DNA from: Octopus bimaculoides
Lineage: Eukaryota
Reading direction: 5' to 3'
DNA: 39,117 bases
Assembly: GCF_001194135.2 (NCBI RefSeq)
Contig: NC_068993.1
Coordinates: 15,011,780-15,050,896, forward strand
A model generated the notes under the pieces. That model worked only from the letters and a program-made list of their open reading frames with translations, was not told the DNA's origin and did no database searches. The position numbers and the translations under genes are program-made. Positions 35,510-39,117 of the stretch are shown one piece after another (the stretch's first letter is position 1; every line of letters starts with the position of its first letter).

Positions 35510-36178
35510 GTGCAGATTTGTATGTTCTGTTTTATGTATGTATTCTCATGCATATAGTTGCATGTCTAGACATACTCATATGTACTTAAATGATGAAAAC
35601 TCTGGAAAGTTTCACAGATTTTTGCAATTCGAGTGATGATTAGATCTGTAGTCTTCGAATCGGCTTTCTCCTTTCTGGTTTTTAGAAGCCTAATTTCTCA
35701 ATATTGGTGTTTAGGCAGTCTGTTACATATCCCAGTTGCCCAATAATTACAGGTACAAACCTGAACATGTAATCTGGATAGATTATTTATAGATTCCTCA
35801 ATATTTCAGCGTGAGTATTTCCTTTTTAACTGATCTTTATCTCTGTGTTAACATCCGCTGAGTAACTGTACACAGTTTTTCTTCTCTATCCCAAATCATT
35901 ATGTCAGCTCTATTGCGTTTATATTTTATTGAGGTTTTCACTGGGACATTTCACCAGTACTTCTGTTGTATTATAAGTGGTTATGGCTTCCACCATACTG
36001 TTGGTTCTTATTTCTTTGTCTTATCCTTGCGACGGATCTCGTTATACAGTGTCCTAGCTACAACATCATGTCTCATCGGTAAACGATGCCGTGATGACAT
36101 TTTCGGACAACTGCTTATGAATTGGGTAATATTTTTGGTATTAACTCTAGAAAGTCTGCATCGGATGTCGGTTGAATG
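35510..36178 (-). mobile_element. 5'-truncated non-LTR retrotransposon of the RLE (R4/R2/NeSL-like) class: zinc knuckle plus restriction-like endonuclease, pseudogenised
   Basis: With stops and frameshifts, the minus strand gives IRCRLSRVNTKNITQFISSCPKMSSRHRLPMRHDVVARTLYNEIRRK...YW*NVPVKTSIKYKRNRADIMIWDREEKLCTV...IYPDYMFRFVPVIIG.LGYVTDCLNTNIEKLGF. These match CCHC-knuckle, RHD and (R)PD-type RLE motifs. Confidence 0.9.
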
Positions 36179-37294
36179 TGTGTGTATATGAACATGTATA
36201 CTCTGCGGATGATGAAATAAAATTCTTAAGAATCATACATGATATTTGATATTTAATTTCTAATGACAACAATGGTATGTGGCGACGGAAAATTCTAAAT
36301 GCGACCGAAAATTCTAAAAGAATGAAAATGAAGTGCTTTCGGCATCAATTCCACTGTGCAGTACCTTAGGCAATTGGCTTCTGCTACAGACCAGGGCCAA
36401 AGAATGCCTTTTCTTATAAGTGACAAGGACTGGGCTTTTCTTCATCGTATAGGCGAGTGAAAAAGAATATTTCTCTTTCAAATATAAAAAGATATGATTC
36501 ATCGAAGAAATGTTTCACCAGATTTCTGGTACTTCTGTCTGTTATCGAGACGAATCATAGAATTTACAATGAAAAGACCCACTCAACAGACCAAACAAAA
36601 TGTCACTAAAGTATATGAAATCATGTTCATTGAACCGTCGGAATAATACCATAGCATCTCTCGACTAAAATCAATAAGTATATTCTTTTACCAGTCGTCA
36701 CTTTGCGAGTCATTTCCATTATTGTGAAATCGAACCTCACCCATCAAACAAAACATATTGACTTTGTTCAATGAAATAATGATAATAGATCAGTTAGGTT
36801 GGTGAAGAACACAGAAATGAAATTAAAATATTAATGGAACTTACTCAGAATGTTCTAAATGCTGCCAAGAGGTTCCTTTGCTAGTTGTCACCTCCTGCTG
36901 TGAAAACTACATCACTATGACACTCAGTTTGATCATCTTCCAAAAATAAATTGTATATACTTGTCGCTGCTATCAATTTATATTTCAGAATTATACCGCT
37001 TTGCTTACGTCCTTATTGCTAAAAAGGAGAGCGAATATGTCACTTCGTCCACGTTCTTCTTTTTACTATGTCATCATTTACCATGAACTAGAGACAAACA
37101 TACAGTTGATAAGCGTTAATCTGTTTTTGCATTTGATTTGCAAGTTTCTTGCTGCGATCCCGTGTGCTGAAATAAATTTTGTTGTCTCTAGGGAGGGTCA
37201 TTATGCCAATGATAACCCACGCACTGTTTCTATTTCATTTTGCTTATTATTAGTTGTAAATTTGTTGAAAATATACCTAATTAGCTAATTGGAG

Positions 37295-37342
37295 CTCTCT
37301 ATTCGAAATCTACTCTGTCTTGAGTAGATTTCGAATAGAGAG
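37295..37342. repeat. Perfect 21-bp inverted repeat with a 6-nt loop
   Basis: CTCTCTATTCGAAATCTACTC-TGTCTT-GAGTAGATTTCGAATAGAGAG. Confidence 0.98.
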
Positions 37343-37539
37343 GGTGTGTCAATCAGGAGGTCGTGAATGGCAACGAAAAATTTCGATAAACCTATCTAAT
37401 TGATTGATTAACCGAACGATTAATCAAGCTCTCGATTAATTCATTAATGAAATGTTAATGACTTGACTAATAATATTAATTTCATGTTTAGGTAGAAAGC
37501 CAGCAATTTTGAGCGAAGTGGTAAATCGATTATATCGGT

Positions 37540-37652
37540 CACAGTACTTCACAGGTACTAATTCTATCAAATCCGAAAGAATGAAAGGCAAAATCGACTC
37601 CAGTAGAGTTTCAACGCAGAACGTCATGTTAACGATTCTGTCAGCTCGGAGC
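37540..37652 (-). mobile_element. SINE family B fragment (internally deleted)
   Basis: GGTACTAATTCTATCAAATCCGAAAGAATGAAAGGCAAAATCGAC...CAGAACGT...TAACGATTCTGTCAGCTCG. Confidence 0.8.
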
Positions 37653-37667
37653 CTTCTTCCTTCTAAA

Positions 37668-37850
37668 TATTAGTTTCAAATTTTGGCACAGGGCCAGCAA
37701 TCTCGGAGAGAGGCGGTTAAGTTGCTTACATCGATCCCAATGATCTACTGTTACTTATTTTATCGACCACAAAAAGAAAATGGAAGTCTAAGCCGACACG
37801 GCAGAATTTGAAATCAGAACGTAAAGACAGATAAATTCCGCTAAGCATTT
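37668..37850 (-). mobile_element. Second adjacent SINE family B fragment
   Basis: TACATCGATCCCAATG...TACTTATTTTATCGACC...GCAGAATTTGAAATCAGAACGTAAAG...CCGCTAAGCATTT. Confidence 0.75.
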
Positions 37851-38084
37851 GTGTTTATTATTGTCATATATAGACCAAAATTGCTTATCTCTAAATCTGA
37901 AATTTTGAAATTCAAACGTACTGAAGATACGAAATGTTTTCGAGTGACAAAGGCGTTACAAGTTAAAATTTCCTGGACACTTGAAAAATATCATGAAATA
38001 TGCTATTGTATTGGTGAGAATAAACGAAATTGAAAAAAAGCGGCAGTAGCATGTTATTTTTTTCTTTGTTTAACAATCTGAAGC

Positions 38085-38330
38085 GATAGAGAAATGGCGG
38101 ATTTGTTTTAGCGAAAGACGAAACATTCCAAAGTGAGACTGCCATGTCGTGTGAAGTTCGGGCAGCAGTAAATTTTTAAGACTGTCTTCATGGTAAATGT
38201 ATAAGTTGTACTTTGAAATGTAAATGTATAGCGTGTTTATACTCGTGTCCGAGAGCCAAACTGTCTTATTTTAAAGATGAAAACATACAATTATTCCGAA
38301 TTCTGAAGCACTTCCGGCCTCAAGCATTTG
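38085..38330 (+). mobile_element. Possible very old mariner-like N-terminal relic
   Basis: The short SCEVRAAVNF motif (~38145-38175) resembles the mariner xCEVRAVIRFL start; the rest cannot be aligned. Confidence 0.25.
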
Positions 38331-39039
38331 GGGAAAAGAAACTGTCAAATGTATTGAATGACTGATCGCAACAAATTGGCGTGTGTGTGCATGTGTGTGT
38401 GTATGTGGTGTTATATGAGACTGTTAGTCTATGTATATATAAGGGACAAAGAATATATTACTAAGTTTGGTGAGGATTTGTTCCATCAGCCAGATCATCT
38501 GAAATATTATCTACTTGGTAAAAAGAACGAGAGATTCTGTAAAAACAAAAGGTTGGCAGCAGAATTTATAAAACTACATATCAAATATTTACACACTTGA
38601 TGCTTTTCCTTCATAATCTCTTTCTTCGTAGTACCACCATCCAAAGGAAACGATTGGCAATCATTATAGTAACTACCTTTCTCTTTCACCATGATAGTGT
38701 CTGTGATTAAGCGTCAATGTATTTCTATATGTGCGCGTATGCTTTTACATACATGTACATATGTATGTGTGTGCGTGTGTGTGTGTGTTTGCATTCCTAT
38801 ATGTACTCACACACATATATATACATCTTTGTATCTACATCATGATGTCTGTATCTATATTGTACATCTATCTATCTATATTATGATGTATGTATAAGGA
38901 TCTTCATATTTAAATATATTGCAATCTTTGTAATGCACGTTGTATTGTGCATAATATATATTTATCTTAATTAATGACTAGCTATCAGAATCAGAAATAT
39001 GCAAATTATGTGCATCTGAACACACATATGCACTCTCTC

Positions 39040-39042
<3 letters not shown>

Positions 39043-39117
<75 letters not shown>
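39043..39117. repeat. (CA)n microsatellite running to the window end
   Basis: Read directly from the sequence. Confidence 0.98.

Noticed and set aside
36560-36780. Minus-strand GEVRFHNNG...W resembling a Tc1/mariner DEAxFHLNG motif
   Set aside because: It is a single short degenerate motif with no TIRs and no alignable downstream DDE residues.

Overview
Very AT-rich, microsatellite-dense eukaryotic DNA from a draft assembly with six N-gaps. The repeat content (tRNA-headed SINEs of about 17 copies or fragments, and dense TA/TG/TACA/GATA arrays) looks like an octopus genome; that assignment is inferred from recalled repeat sequences, not from a search. No intact protein-coding gene can be supported, and nearly all listed ORFs are translations of microsatellites or gaps. 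Recognisable relics are a mariner 5' fragment (13.7-14.4 kb, minus), an R4/R2-type RLE non-LTR 3' fragment (35.5-36.2 kb, minus), a LINE-like tail with two C2H2 fingers (4.9-5.2 kb), two hAT-type non-autonomous elements with degenerate 8-bp TSDs, and several Penelope-like termini. The most interesting observations are: (i) hammerhead-ribozyme-like motifs downstream of Penelope-like ends, best at 31631-31680; (ii) a ~310-bp, ~90%-identical long inverted repeat (30.2-32.4 kb), split by a later SINE, that encloses that motif; (iii) a perfect 21-bp hairpin at 37295-37342; (iv) three plus-strand CTTACAG acceptors that could be recursive-splice sites or small exons, one encoding a cadherin-linker-like peptide; and (v) a coding-like island of unknown origin at 27.0-27.9 kb. 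All alignments were made by eye and no database was searched. Nothing here is demonstrated to be a new system; the window most likely lies in a long intron or intergenic region.
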